Shown piece after piece: positions 29,236-39,229 of a stretch of 64,000 nt of DNA. Made by a program: the position numbers and the translations under genes. The stretch is from assembly GCA_022511385.1 (NCBI GenBank), contig JAFLRN010000004.1:3075-67074 (forward strand), written 5' to 3'. The first letter of the stretch is position 1, and every line of letters starts with the position of its first letter. The notes beneath the pieces were generated by a model, which saw nothing but the letters and a program-made list of their open reading frames with translations, was not told the DNA's origin and searched no databases. Source of the DNA: Acetatifactor sp. Lineage in GTDB: Bacteria > Bacillota > Clostridia > Lachnospirales > Lachnospiraceae.

Positions 29236-29769
29236 TCATGTTGTGTCTCTGCTGAGTTCATAAAAGTTACTCAACTCTGGCGTTTCGTCATACATGTCCT
29301 GATACATTTCGGCAGCATACAACACAAAACCTGCTCTTTCCAGCGTCTTACAGGATGCTTTGTTCCGGGTTCTGACTCTTGCAATGAGAGTATCTGTACT
29401 GTAATGCCTGAAAAAATGTTGTACAAACCCACTGACCGCTTCCGCCGCATATCCCTGTCCTCTGAAACGGGCGCCGATAAAATATGTGATGCCCGTTTTC
29501 TGCATATCCTCGTAATACGAGGTACCGACAGAACCCACGGCCCGGTTACCAGTCTTTTCTTCAATCACAAACGCCAGATACTCACGGTTTGGATTGTTCT
29601 GCACTTCTAATTGCATACTTTCCCTGATCCATTCCCCCATCCATGTATCACATTGGCTGCAATCGCCAAAGATTTCCGTCAAGCTTCCATCGGAGGCCAT
29701 ATCGATGAATGCCTGCTCATCTTCCATGGCCAGACTGCGGATGATCAGTCTTTCTGTTTCAATTCTCAT
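29236..29769 (-). CDS. GNAT acetyltransferase (RimJ/RimL type)
   Basis: IETERLIIR, FRGQGYAAEA, NKASCKTLERAGF. Confidence 0.88.
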   Translation of the reverse strand: MRIETERLIIRSLAMEDEQAFIDMASDGSLTEIFGDCSQCDTWMGEWIRESMQLEVQNNPNREYLAFVIEEKTGNRAVGSVGTSYYEDMQKTGITYFIGARFRGQGYAAEAVSGFVQHFFRHYSTDTLIARVRTRNKASCKTLERAGFVLYAAEMYQDMYDETPELSNFYELSRDTT

Positions 29770-30362
29770 ATTTCCCCTTCCTGTCTCATAAGGTACGTTT
29801 TCACATAGAACGAAATAATTTGTGGCGAGACGATCTGCATAGTAATATCCCCAAGTTCCGTCATCTTTTTCACCTGGCTCCTTGATAGACTTAATACCTC
29901 AGCGATTTGCTTCTCCGGACGAATTTTCAATCTGCAAGGATTATGTATTATAATTTCTACCAGCTGTTCGTAATTCGCGCCATCGGATATCCCTTTTAAC
30001 CTTGCATATTGATAGCTGATGGATTCCAAATCTATTTCTGCCCGGTTCTTTTTTAAGAGTTGATAGCTTCTCCCATACATTTCTGCCAGCTGCTCATCGT
30101 TGGATAAAAAGCATTGGTACTCATTCTTTGGCAGTGAAGATACCTTCGTCCTTTCATAGATTGCAAGATTGTAGGTATGTTTACATTTATCACATTGGTA
30201 AATCAACCAAACATCCAGTCTATTTCCGTTGGCATTCACGCGAAACCTTTTCGTATTTTTGAAAGTCGATTTTTTACCGCATCCAGAGCAATTACGGATT
30301 ATGGATAAGGACTCTTGGGGAACAATTTCATATTCAATTTTCTCTAAATAGCTCATTTGCAT
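29766..30362 (-). CDS. DUF1062 family protein
   Basis: CSGC...FRVNANGNRLDVWLIYQCDKCKHTYN; LSLSRSQVKK. Confidence 0.8.
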   Translation of the reverse strand: MQMSYLEKIEYEIVPQESLSIIRNCSGCGKKSTFKNTKRFRVNANGNRLDVWLIYQCDKCKHTYNLAIYERTKVSSLPKNEYQCFLSNDEQLAEMYGRSYQLLKKNRAEIDLESISYQYARLKGISDGANYEQLVEIIIHNPCRLKIRPEKQIAEVLSLSRSQVKKMTELGDITMQIVSPQIISFYVKTYLMRQEGEI

Positions 30363-30427
30363 CTCCTATAGATTTAAAGTCCGATGCGCAGGCTATTCCC
30401 TATTCTCTTTTATTTGCAATAGCCGCG

Positions 30428-30454
30428 CTATGCAAAGTAAACGGGTGTGGTCAT
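30428..30454 (-). promoter_or_regulatory. 8-codon leader ORF MTTPVYFA with overlapping hairpin
   Basis: AAGGAG RBS; ATG ACC ACA CCC GTT TAC TTT GCA TAG, then CGCGGCTATTGCAA; second copy at 32343. Confidence 0.6.
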
Positions 30455-30560
30455 TAAGTCAGTATCTCCTTTCTGATGTATTGCATTTATAGCACAAATA
30501 CTCATTTGCGTGTATAATACTTGGTCTTTGGTCCTTTAATCTTTGGGCGTTAATCTTTTG

Positions 30561-31187
30561 TCAGCAGTTATCCGCTTTGGAGTATTTCTGCTTACGCTGT
30601 AACTTTTTCGATAACTTCTTCACTGGCTTCACTTTCTTCTTAATCATCTGACTTCGCTTTTCTGCAACAAATACATAATATCCTTTCATTTCCTGTACTT
30701 TAACACCGCCAAAAACAGAGATTAGCTTATTTTTGTACCAATCAAGCCTTTTGGTAACCATAACTATTTTCCCGCCCATAGCCAGTTTTCGAAAGCCAAC
30801 TTCAATAAACCTCTTTGGGACAGAAAAATCAGCATGATATGGCGGATTAGACAATATAAGCGTAAAATCATTTTCTTCTACATTTTCATATCCATCGCTT
30901 AATCTAATGTTGATGTGCGGTACGCCGTTAAGCGTTGCGTTTCGCTTTGCATACTCTACCGCCCGTTGAGAAATGTCACACATAACAACCTTTTCTTCAC
31001 CAATCAGTTTTCCGGCCAGTATTCCCACAACACCATAACCACAACCCAGATCCAACACTTTATCACTTGGCAAAAAATCAATTACAGACAGCATGGCCAA
31101 TGTACCATGATCAATAAAATCCGGAGAGAAAAGTGACGCATCTGTCATAAACTTTAAATCTATGTCTTTTATTCTTGCATGTATCAT
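30561..31187 (-). CDS. Class I SAM-dependent methyltransferase (RsmC/MTS-like)
   Basis: FSPDFIDHGT, VLDLGCGYG, ILSNPPYH. Confidence 0.85.
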   Translation of the reverse strand: MIHARIKDIDLKFMTDASLFSPDFIDHGTLAMLSVIDFLPSDKVLDLGCGYGVVGILAGKLIGEEKVVMCDISQRAVEYAKRNATLNGVPHINIRLSDGYENVEENDFTLILSNPPYHADFSVPKRFIEVGFRKLAMGGKIVMVTKRLDWYKNKLISVFGGVKVQEMKGYYVFVAEKRSQMIKKKVKPVKKLSKKLQRKQKYSKADNC

Positions 31188-31345
31188 AGAAAACCTCAAA
31201 AATCACATCCAGGGCCTTTCTGGATGCTAATATCCACATAGTCCCCTTTATCCGGTAAATTCCACAGGCGTTCCGATATTTTTCTGCTATAATCCATGCA
31301 TCCATCTCCTTCCTCAAATGAGTTCTACACAGTTATTTCAATTTT

Positions 31346-31894
31346 CTATTCTTTTATATTTGCATTTATTTCTTTTATCATTTCAACCACTTTGATATGT
31401 CCATCAACTAACATTTCAACTATTGGCGGGTTGTCTGCGTCATTACTTTCATTTTTCCAATAAATTTCCGCCAACCGCATATTTTCCTGTTCATCTAACT
31501 GTGCATCAAAACATTTTGTGGCATCACCGTAAAAACAATTCCCCTCTATCTCCAGCTTCACAATGCTATATGTCGGACGGCCAATTTGGGCAAAATACTT
31601 ACCCCAGTTATCTGCCTCCTCAAAGGTCCGTGATACATATAGGCAGCTCATTCTCGAAGGATATGTGGGATACTTTTTCTTTCTGACTTCTTCCAATGCC
31701 AATTCTCTCATAGCTACTGATGTATGATGTTCTAATGTTTCTGCATTGTAATTTGCAGGATTACCGTATATCTCTTTTACAATATTAAGTTTTTCATAAA
31801 CTCTTTGATACACTCCATTATGATGTGTTTCATCAAAAACAAGTTGCTGCCCCACTTTCAATGGTCTGTCCGTTACAACATGATATGCATACAT
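31346..31894 (-). CDS. DUF2441-like protein
   Basis: RELALEEVRKKKYPTYPSRMSCLY, EMLVDG. Confidence 0.65.
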   Translation of the reverse strand: MYAYHVVTDRPLKVGQQLVFDETHHNGVYQRVYEKLNIVKEIYGNPANYNAETLEHHTSVAMRELALEEVRKKKYPTYPSRMSCLYVSRTFEEADNWGKYFAQIGRPTYSIVKLEIEGNCFYGDATKCFDAQLDEQENMRLAEIYWKNESNDADNPPIVEMLVDGHIKVVEMIKEINANIKE

Positions 31895-31982
31895 TTCATT
31901 CTCCTCCCTCCTGACCAATAGTTTAGCAAATACCTGAAAGGTGAAATACCTCAAGATTTATTACAAAAAAATGTGAGCCGCA

Positions 31983-32267
31983 CTAAGTCAGCTCACACTT
32001 CATTTTTTGTTGTCTGATAATTCGTTGTATGCTTTTTTCGGATAAATAATAAGCTTTCGCCAATTCACTGGCCGTCATACCGGCCAAATAGCCTTTATAA
32101 ATCAGCTGGTTCCTGGTTTGCAGTTCACATTTGTATGCGGTTTTCGCTCCCCATTCCTGTCTGTGCTCCTGCTTTCTCGGAATATATATGTTTGCTCCGT
32201 CAACATACCTTTGAATCAGTTCAATTATCTCAACAGGCAGAATTTCCTCTGCTCGTATATAGCCCAT
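31983..32267 (-). CDS. CD3324 family (Mor-like HTH) protein
   Basis: YIRAEEILP, IQRYVDG, IYIPRK, RNQLI, LAKAYYLSEKSIQRII. Confidence 0.85.
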   Translation of the reverse strand: MGYIRAEEILPVEIIELIQRYVDGANIYIPRKQEHRQEWGAKTAYKCELQTRNQLIYKGYLAGMTASELAKAYYLSEKSIQRIIRQQKMKCELT

Positions 32268-32342
32268 GTTTGCCTCCTAAAATAGAATTTCTTAGGAATA
32301 GCATTGGCTATAACAATTAAGTTTACATTGCAATAGCCAGCG

Positions 32343-32369
32343 CTATGCAAACATAACATATCGTCTCAT
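32343..32369 (-). promoter_or_regulatory. 8-codon leader ORF MRRYVMFA with overlapping hairpin
   Basis: AAGGGGG RBS; ATG AGA CGA TAT GTT ATG TTT GCA TAG, then CGCTGGCTATTGCAA. Confidence 0.6.
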
Positions 32370-32430
32370 ATACAAGCCCCCTTTCCGAATCACCTTTCCA
32401 GCATATCATTACCGGACTTACAAATCAAGC

Positions 32431-32548
32431 GGGAAAATCCTGCACCTGGTTAGAAAATTCTACCCCCGGTCGAAAAACCCTGCGTCCGATCGGAAAAATC
32501 TGCGCTTGGTTAAAAAATCTTGCGCGGTTGGAAATTCGATGCTCGGTT
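32431..32548. repeat. Degenerate 20-bp tandem repeat, about 6 units
   Basis: gggaaaatcctgcacctggt / tagaaaattctacccccggt / cgaaaaaccctgcgtccgat / cggaaaaatctgcgcttggt / taaaaaatcttgcgcggt / tggaaattcgatgctcggt. Confidence 0.7.
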
Positions 32549-32670
32549 AATATGCAGAACAAACAGTTTCTTCCGACGCCTTGCTTTTTGCTGAATTCTT
32601 TATTAAAATAAAGATAGGGATGTCACATACCGCGAATCATCCCTGAAACATCAGGCTCAGAAAAAGTTAG

Positions 32671-33804
<1,134 letters not shown>

Positions 33805-33851
33805 TATCAGACCTTTCCCATATTAGTCCTGCCTCATATTAAACCTTTTCC

Positions 33852-33874
33852 AGGCGCGAGTATCTCGCGCCTTT
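33852..33874 (+). terminator. Intrinsic terminator
   Basis: AGGCGCGAG-TAT-CTCGCGCCT followed by T residues. Confidence 0.6.
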
Positions 33875-34052
33875 GTGCTGCACTTTCAGGCTGTCAATTT
33901 CTTCGCACTGTTCCCTGTGGCTGTAGGTGCTGCAATCCATAGAAAATCCTTGGTCTGTCTTGGCAAATCAACTGTTAGCTTGTCTATACAGCGTTTCCAA
34001 ATAACTATCCCAAATCACTTGTCTGCTTTCTCAATTGAATAGATCAAAAGCC

Positions 34053-34706
34053 TCAGCATAGCCCGTGCATCTCCCCAGACTCATTCAATATCTCGTCCAT
34101 ACTTGCTGAATCAAATGCAATTAGTGCCGGATGATTCGTCAATGCTTTCATAATTCTCCACCCATTACGACTGTTAATAGCATTTTTCGGCAGAGGCATA
34201 AATCCAAAATCTAAATATATTTTACATGCCAGCCATGTGTTGGTCTGGGTGGGTATTTTCGCATGCTTATATCCCAATCCTCTCATGACATTCAGGACAT
34301 ATGCAATTAGAGGTTTTGCCAAACCTCTGCCCTGATGTTCTCTGCGAACGGCAACCCAGTGTAGCCATCCGTCTCCAGATTGATCCCGCCCGTAAATGTC
34401 AAAAAAAGCCGTTGCCGTAGCGACCTTTTCTCCTGCTGAATTTTCAACAAATACCATTCTTATAGGCAGTTCCTCCTGCCTGTTCTCAAAATATTTATTC
34501 CATGATATCAGTCCCTGCTCATAGCTGCTAAATTCTTTTGCGGATTTCTCAATATCGATCCACGCATCCCGGTCTCCCTGTTGATAAAACACAAAGCGAT
34601 ACCCATTCGGTAATTCTATCTGGGGAATATGTTCCAGATCTCTTTCTAAAAGCAATTCATAATATCGGATACGCTCGTCATGGTTATCAAACTGAATTTT
34701 TTCCAT
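34053..34706 (-). CDS. GNAT acetyltransferase
   Basis: LHWVAVRREHQGRGLAK, KIYLDFGF. Confidence 0.85.
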   Translation of the reverse strand: MEKIQFDNHDERIRYYELLLERDLEHIPQIELPNGYRFVFYQQGDRDAWIDIEKSAKEFSSYEQGLISWNKYFENRQEELPIRMVFVENSAGEKVATATAFFDIYGRDQSGDGWLHWVAVRREHQGRGLAKPLIAYVLNVMRGLGYKHAKIPTQTNTWLACKIYLDFGFMPLPKNAINSRNGWRIMKALTNHPALIAFDSASMDEILNESGEMHGLC

Positions 34707-35694
34707 ATCCCAACCACTCCCGCAGCTGCCTGATTTTCCCCTGGTAAGAATACAGCTCACGGATCGTTCCAATCACCTGCTCCTCACCCAGAAGCATCTC
34801 CGCCTCATCGGAGGCCTCTATTCCCAGAGCACGTTTCACATTATATTCCAACCATCCCAGCATACCGATATAACTGCCGAGAAATACTTCGTCCCACAAG
34901 ACTGTACTGATGTCCATATGTCCGCGATAAGCATTGATGAGTGCATCACACTTCTCTTTCACAAGGTTCCCTGCTCCGTCATCCGCCCAATAATTTATGA
35001 CCTCAAGAAATTCCTGATACGGATTCACATACCCTGCAGCTTCCCAATCAATAATATAGGGTTTATCGCCATTCCACATCACATTTTTAGGGTCCAGATC
35101 CCTATGGCTGATGACTGTCAGCTTAGAAAGATAGCTTTCAGAATCGCGGGCCTTCTGGTTCCAGCCCTTTATGTCCTCCAACGATCTCCTGTATACTGCC
35201 ATCCATTCTTTATCACTGTTTTTCAGGTCATTGATACACTTAAGATACGATTCCCAGGCAAACATTTCAAAAGAATTTTCTTCAGGCTTTACACATTCCA
35301 CCTTAAGATCTTGATGATGCATTTTACCTAAAATGCTTCCTATTGTCTCACAGTGATAGGCAGTGATTTCACCCAGAAAGACGGAAGAGCCGTCCACCCA
35401 GGGGTACACCATATAGTATTCATCTCCTAATTTATGAACCTGCTTTCCATCTATTTCAAGGGATACAACAGCAGGAATTAACCCATCAAATGCCTTAGCT
35501 ATCTTTTCTGAATGAATCGTGTTTGAGAGCGCATCGGGCCGTTTTATGATTTCCGGATTTAAAAGCTTCACGGCATATAATCCGTCCGATGTGGAAACAC
35601 GGAACATTTTATGCAGCAATCCGCCCGTTATCATGACGGGCTCCTCCAACAGCCCGCCTAAGCGCAATGTATCCATCAGCTTACTTATATCCAT
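34687..35694 (-). CDS. APH/choline-kinase-like phosphotransferase
   Basis: TGGLLH, AVKLL, HRDLDPKN, IIDWE. Confidence 0.85.
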   Translation of the reverse strand: MDISKLMDTLRLGGLLEEPVMITGGLLHKMFRVSTSDGLYAVKLLNPEIIKRPDALSNTIHSEKIAKAFDGLIPAVVSLEIDGKQVHKLGDEYYMVYPWVDGSSVFLGEITAYHCETIGSILGKMHHQDLKVECVKPEENSFEMFAWESYLKCINDLKNSDKEWMAVYRRSLEDIKGWNQKARDSESYLSKLTVISHRDLDPKNVMWNGDKPYIIDWEAAGYVNPYQEFLEVINYWADDGAGNLVKEKCDALINAYRGHMDISTVLWDEVFLGSYIGMLGWLEYNVKRALGIEASDEAEMLLGEEQVIGTIRELYSYQGKIRQLREWLGYGKNSV

Positions 35695-35737
35695 TCTATA
35701 TGTCTCCTTACACCAAACCGATCATATTTTTAAAATC

Positions 35738-36088
35738 TTAGCCTTCAAACCCTTTGGGAAACACCACAACCAGAAGCCATTTAAAGGCCTCCTTCGCAAA
35801 TACTGCATGAGGTACATTCGCAGGCATCACCAGTGACTCTCCTGCGTGCACCTCGTATTTCTTACCGCCAACCGTATACTCTCCCACACCTTCAAGAACC
35901 GTAACAAATGCATCGCCTATCGACTCGTGAGCTGAAATCTCTTCCCCCTTATCAAAGGCAAATAAAGTAACGCTGACCGCATCGTTCTGGGCCAGTGTCT
36001 TGCTGACTACCTCACCCGGTCTTACGGCAATCTGCCCTGCCAAGTTCACCACTTCCTCAATGGGAAAATTTTTAATGTACTGACTCAT
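35738..36088 (-). CDS. Cupin domain protein
   Basis: FAFDKGEEISAH, VLEG, MPANVPHAV. Confidence 0.88.
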   Translation of the reverse strand: MSQYIKNFPIEEVVNLAGQIAVRPGEVVSKTLAQNDAVSVTLFAFDKGEEISAHESIGDAFVTVLEGVGEYTVGGKKYEVHAGESLVMPANVPHAVFAKEAFKWLLVVVFPKGFEG

Positions 36089-36186
36089 GCTGATCCTCCT
36101 TGTTATTTATATTTTAAACTTCTTTTCTAACTACCAATCAGCTGCCAATCCTACCAATTCTATGTCCGCACAGTCATCTCATTCAT

Positions 36187-36666
36187 CTATGGATGTTCTT
36201 TGCAACTCATGTTTTCAACTTCCAACTTAAAAACCTCAACTGCATTAACCATCTTTTCATCAAAATTCCATTCCTGTTTTCCCGTATTATGTTCCATGAT
36301 CAGGAGAAGCCCCTGCTTCTTTTCCTCAATCTCTGATACTATACTCATGCTCCCATTCCCTACGATGCTTTGAAAACGTGCGGTATGGCCGCAGGCAACA
36401 TCAGCGCCATTCATCGCATAAACTGCAAAATCTGTATCCATTTCAAATCCAATCTTGGGACTCTTGCGGATCAGATCCATTTTTCTTCCCTCTTTTGCTC
36501 CGTGAAAATAAAAGACATAAGCATCATCCCTTACCACATATCCAAAGCTTAGCGGAACAATGTATATCTCTCCGTCATCCTGAAAACCGATTCTTAAACA
36601 GGTGCACCGACTTATAATATCAGCAATTCTCACGGGATCTGTTACTTCTCTGTCTTTTCTTCTCAT
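36187..36666 (-). CDS. Pyridoxamine 5'-phosphate oxidase-like (NimA-related) flavin-binding protein
   Basis: MRRKDRE, YIVPLSFGY, FHGAKEGRK. Confidence 0.87.
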   Translation of the reverse strand: MRRKDREVTDPVRIADIISRCTCLRIGFQDDGEIYIVPLSFGYVVRDDAYVFYFHGAKEGRKMDLIRKSPKIGFEMDTDFAVYAMNGADVACGHTARFQSIVGNGSMSIVSEIEEKKQGLLLIMEHNTGKQEWNFDEKMVNAVEVFKLEVENMSCKEHP

Positions 36667-36690
36667 GACCTCACCTCTTGAATACCGAAT

Positions 36691-37104
36691 TTATAATACC
36701 ATGATCAACGTTCCTGCACCAATAAACAAACATCCGATCAGAGATTTTGCAGTGAACTCCTCATGAAGAAAAACAAACGCTAAAATGATTGTGATGACTA
36801 CACTCAGCTTATCAATCGGCACTACCTTTGAAGCATCACCAACCTGCAGAGCTCTGTAATAACATAGCCATGACGCTCCCGTTGCAAGCCCGGATAAAAT
36901 CAAAAACAGCCAGCCCTTTTTGCTTATTTCAGGCAGGCCGGTCTGAGCATGGGTAAGAAATACCATCCCCCAGGCCATGATGACAACTACCACAGTTCTT
37001 ATAGCCGTAGCCAGGTTGGAATTCACACCTTCAATTCCTACCTTTGCCAGTATCGAGGTAAGTGCTGCGAATACTGCGGAAAGCAGTGCAAAAACAAACC
37101 ACAT
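36691..37104 (-). CDS. Single-domain EamA transporter
   Basis: FAALTSILAKVG, SWLCYYRALQ, VVPIDKLSVV. Confidence 0.88.
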   Translation of the reverse strand: MWFVFALLSAVFAALTSILAKVGIEGVNSNLATAIRTVVVVIMAWGMVFLTHAQTGLPEISKKGWLFLILSGLATGASWLCYYRALQVGDASKVVPIDKLSVVITIILAFVFLHEEFTAKSLIGCLFIGAGTLIMVL

Positions 37105-37386
37105 ACCATTTCCTCCACTACTTCTAGTTTGGCCAATTCACCAAATATAAACTTGCACTTATTCTTCCCCTTGTGTGATATCTTTTTCTCAGACCATGCA
37201 CTGGAATGGCTTTTGTTACGAAACCTCACAAGAGAAAATATGGGAAAAAAGCTATAATAGATTATATCATAATATGAACAGGACATGAAGAACTGATTTC
37301 ATCTTCTCGACAGGCCGGATTTTATCACTCAATCCTTTTCATAGAAAACCAATATCATTTTGTCGTTGATCACTTTCTGTGTGTTT

Positions 37387-37950
37387 TTACTGTTCGCCAA
37401 TTATCTCTAGTCCATCCTGCAAATGACGGATTGCAAGAGCGCAGAAATTTGTCAAACGCAGATTATGCTTAATCGGATATGATACTTTCCCTGGCTTTTC
37501 ACCATCCGCACAATGGACATCCAGTTTGGTATCTATCAACCCCAGATTTTCTGGTAAGTTGTTTGCAAAAACAAGGCTTCCGGCACTCACCCCTATAACC
37601 ACACCGTCATTATGTATGTACTCCATCAAAGTCACATTAAAGCCAGTGTCGTTAATTCGTTGAAGCAAATATCCTGTGCTTCCACCACATAAATAAACTA
37701 CATCGTACAACTGCAATTCTTCAAGATCCATTCCTTCATGCAGATCATGCACTTTTATATTGGTATTCAGGATACCGCACTTCAGTAGATCATTCATGCA
37801 CTTTGGCAGTACGCCTATCGCATCCGCATCCTGTGCAGCCGTTGGAATAAATAACGCTTTTACCAACGCCATATCTTTGTCTACCATGCTTTCAAAATAA
37901 TTTTTAATATGTTCTGTTTCTAATCCGGCTGATGTTAATAATACTCTCAT
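37387..37950 (-). CDS. Peptidase S51 (dipeptidase E-like)
   Basis: LLTSAG, FIPTAA, LCGGST, GVSAGS. Confidence 0.82.
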   Translation of the reverse strand: MRVLLTSAGLETEHIKNYFESMVDKDMALVKALFIPTAAQDADAIGVLPKCMNDLLKCGILNTNIKVHDLHEGMDLEELQLYDVVYLCGGSTGYLLQRINDTGFNVTLMEYIHNDGVVIGVSAGSLVFANNLPENLGLIDTKLDVHCADGEKPGKVSYPIKHNLRLTNFCALAIRHLQDGLEIIGEQ

Positions 37951-37959
37951 ACTGCTCTC

Positions 37960-38577
37960 CTATTCTGACCAATTCATTTGTTCGTCTAAAATCCCCAACT
38001 TGCGGCATTCACTGCATACATAGGATTTTTCCTGTTGATTGCCAATGTGGTACTTTAGAACCTTATCTCTGAAAACAATATACTTTTCATTTCCTGCCTT
38101 AAAATCAACAAACCAATTACCACCATTGTCCGGGTCCGAAATCATAACCTTCGAGATTTGTTCCGGAAAATCTTTTCTTGAACTGGTAAAAAAGAGCACG
38201 GTCCAGTACTTTGGCTTTCCTCCCGTATTCCATAATTCAATTTTGTTAATATTAAGAAAATCAAGGATGTTTTCGTCATCTATACTTTCCTTGATCAATA
38301 CCCCTTCATAAACTTCCTGCTTCTTTTCCTGGATTAAGTTATTTCCACAGGCATGCACTTCCTTTACACCATTTATGGTCAACTCATCCTTCAGCAATAC
38401 ATCCATAGAAACATGAAATGTCTTGCCTAAAACTAATAGCTTGTCTATCTCAGGCAATACAATATCTGCTTCCCACTTAGAAATAGATTGTCTGCTTACA
38501 TCGCAAATGGAAGCGAGGTCTTCTTGTGTCATCCCATTTGCTTTCCTCAATGCAGCTATTTTTTCTGACAGTTTCAT
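37960..38577 (-). CDS. XRE-family HTH protein with uncharacterised C-terminal domain
   Basis: LRKANGMTQEDLA...VSRQSISKWE...P. Confidence 0.82.
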   Translation of the reverse strand: MKLSEKIAALRKANGMTQEDLASICDVSRQSISKWEADIVLPEIDKLLVLGKTFHVSMDVLLKDELTINGVKEVHACGNNLIQEKKQEVYEGVLIKESIDDENILDFLNINKIELWNTGGKPKYWTVLFFTSSRKDFPEQISKVMISDPDNGGNWFVDFKAGNEKYIVFRDKVLKYHIGNQQEKSYVCSECRKLGILDEQMNWSE

Positions 38578-38767
38578 CTTGTCCTCCGTCTGCTTTTTGC
38601 ATGTACTCAAATTAAGGCGACGGGAAGTTTATCTCCTTCGCCCTGCCACCTCATGCATTCTTGTGTATTCATATTGTACAAAATCTGGTTGTTCTTTTCC
38701 ACCAATTTAAAAGTTCTTTTCCGCAACCTACTGTTGCCATTATCGGTGTTCCTAAAGCGCAAACAAA

Positions 38768-38849
38768 TGGATGGGGTAGGACTCGAACCTACGGTGTTTC
38801 TTTGTCACGGTTTTACAGACCGCTGCCTTCGCCACTAGGCTACCCATCC
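38768..38849 (-). tRNA. tRNA-Tyr(GTA), atypical variable arm, no encoded CCA
   Basis: GGATGGG/CCCATCC acceptor stem plus A73; GCCT/AGGC D stem; GCGGT-CTGTAAA-ACCGT anticodon arm; GTAGG-TTCGAGT-CCTAC T arm; 82 nt. Confidence 0.88.
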
Positions 38850-38928
38850 GAAGTATATTTCATAACATATTTATTTGCAGCCGGGTGCATACACGGGCGT
38901 TTGCACCCGACTTCCTTCCTCAATAGAC

Positions 38929-39183
38929 TCAGGCGCTTGTAGCGGCCTGGGCTTGTGTTTCAATAATCAAAATGTCCTCCAGCTTTACTTGAAAGACCGC
39001 TGCCAGCACCACCAGATTGTCAATGGTGGGCAGCGCTAGACCCCGTTGCCACTTGTAAATGGCCTGTGGGGTGGCAAACCCGAAAAATTCCTGCAGGTCC
39101 TTTACAGACATCCCCGCACGCTTCCTCAAATTTGTGATATTCTGACCTGTTCTTGCCATATCAATGGCAGGTGTAACAAACAT
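38929..39183 (-). CDS. Small XRE-family HTH regulator
   Basis: LRKRAGMSVKDLQ...TPQAIYKWQRG..LPTIDNL; AGGAGG RBS. Confidence 0.88.
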   Translation of the reverse strand: MFVTPAIDMARTGQNITNLRKRAGMSVKDLQEFFGFATPQAIYKWQRGLALPTIDNLVVLAAVFQVKLEDILIIETQAQAATSA

Positions 39184-39229
39184 GCTATTTTCCTCCTGTT
39201 CCGTCCTCCGGCCGGCAGGAAAACCACTG

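Noticed and set aside
31111-31317. 68-aa ORF overlapping the methyltransferase start
   Set aside because: It overlaps a better-supported gene and has no recognisable family; at most a remnant.
32431-32548. CRISPR array
   Set aside because: Units are contiguous and degenerate with no unique spacers, and no cas genes are in the window.
38768-38849. tRNA as the integration site of a genomic island
   Set aside because: No duplicate of the tRNA 3' end and no integrase were noticed in the window; this was a by-eye search only.
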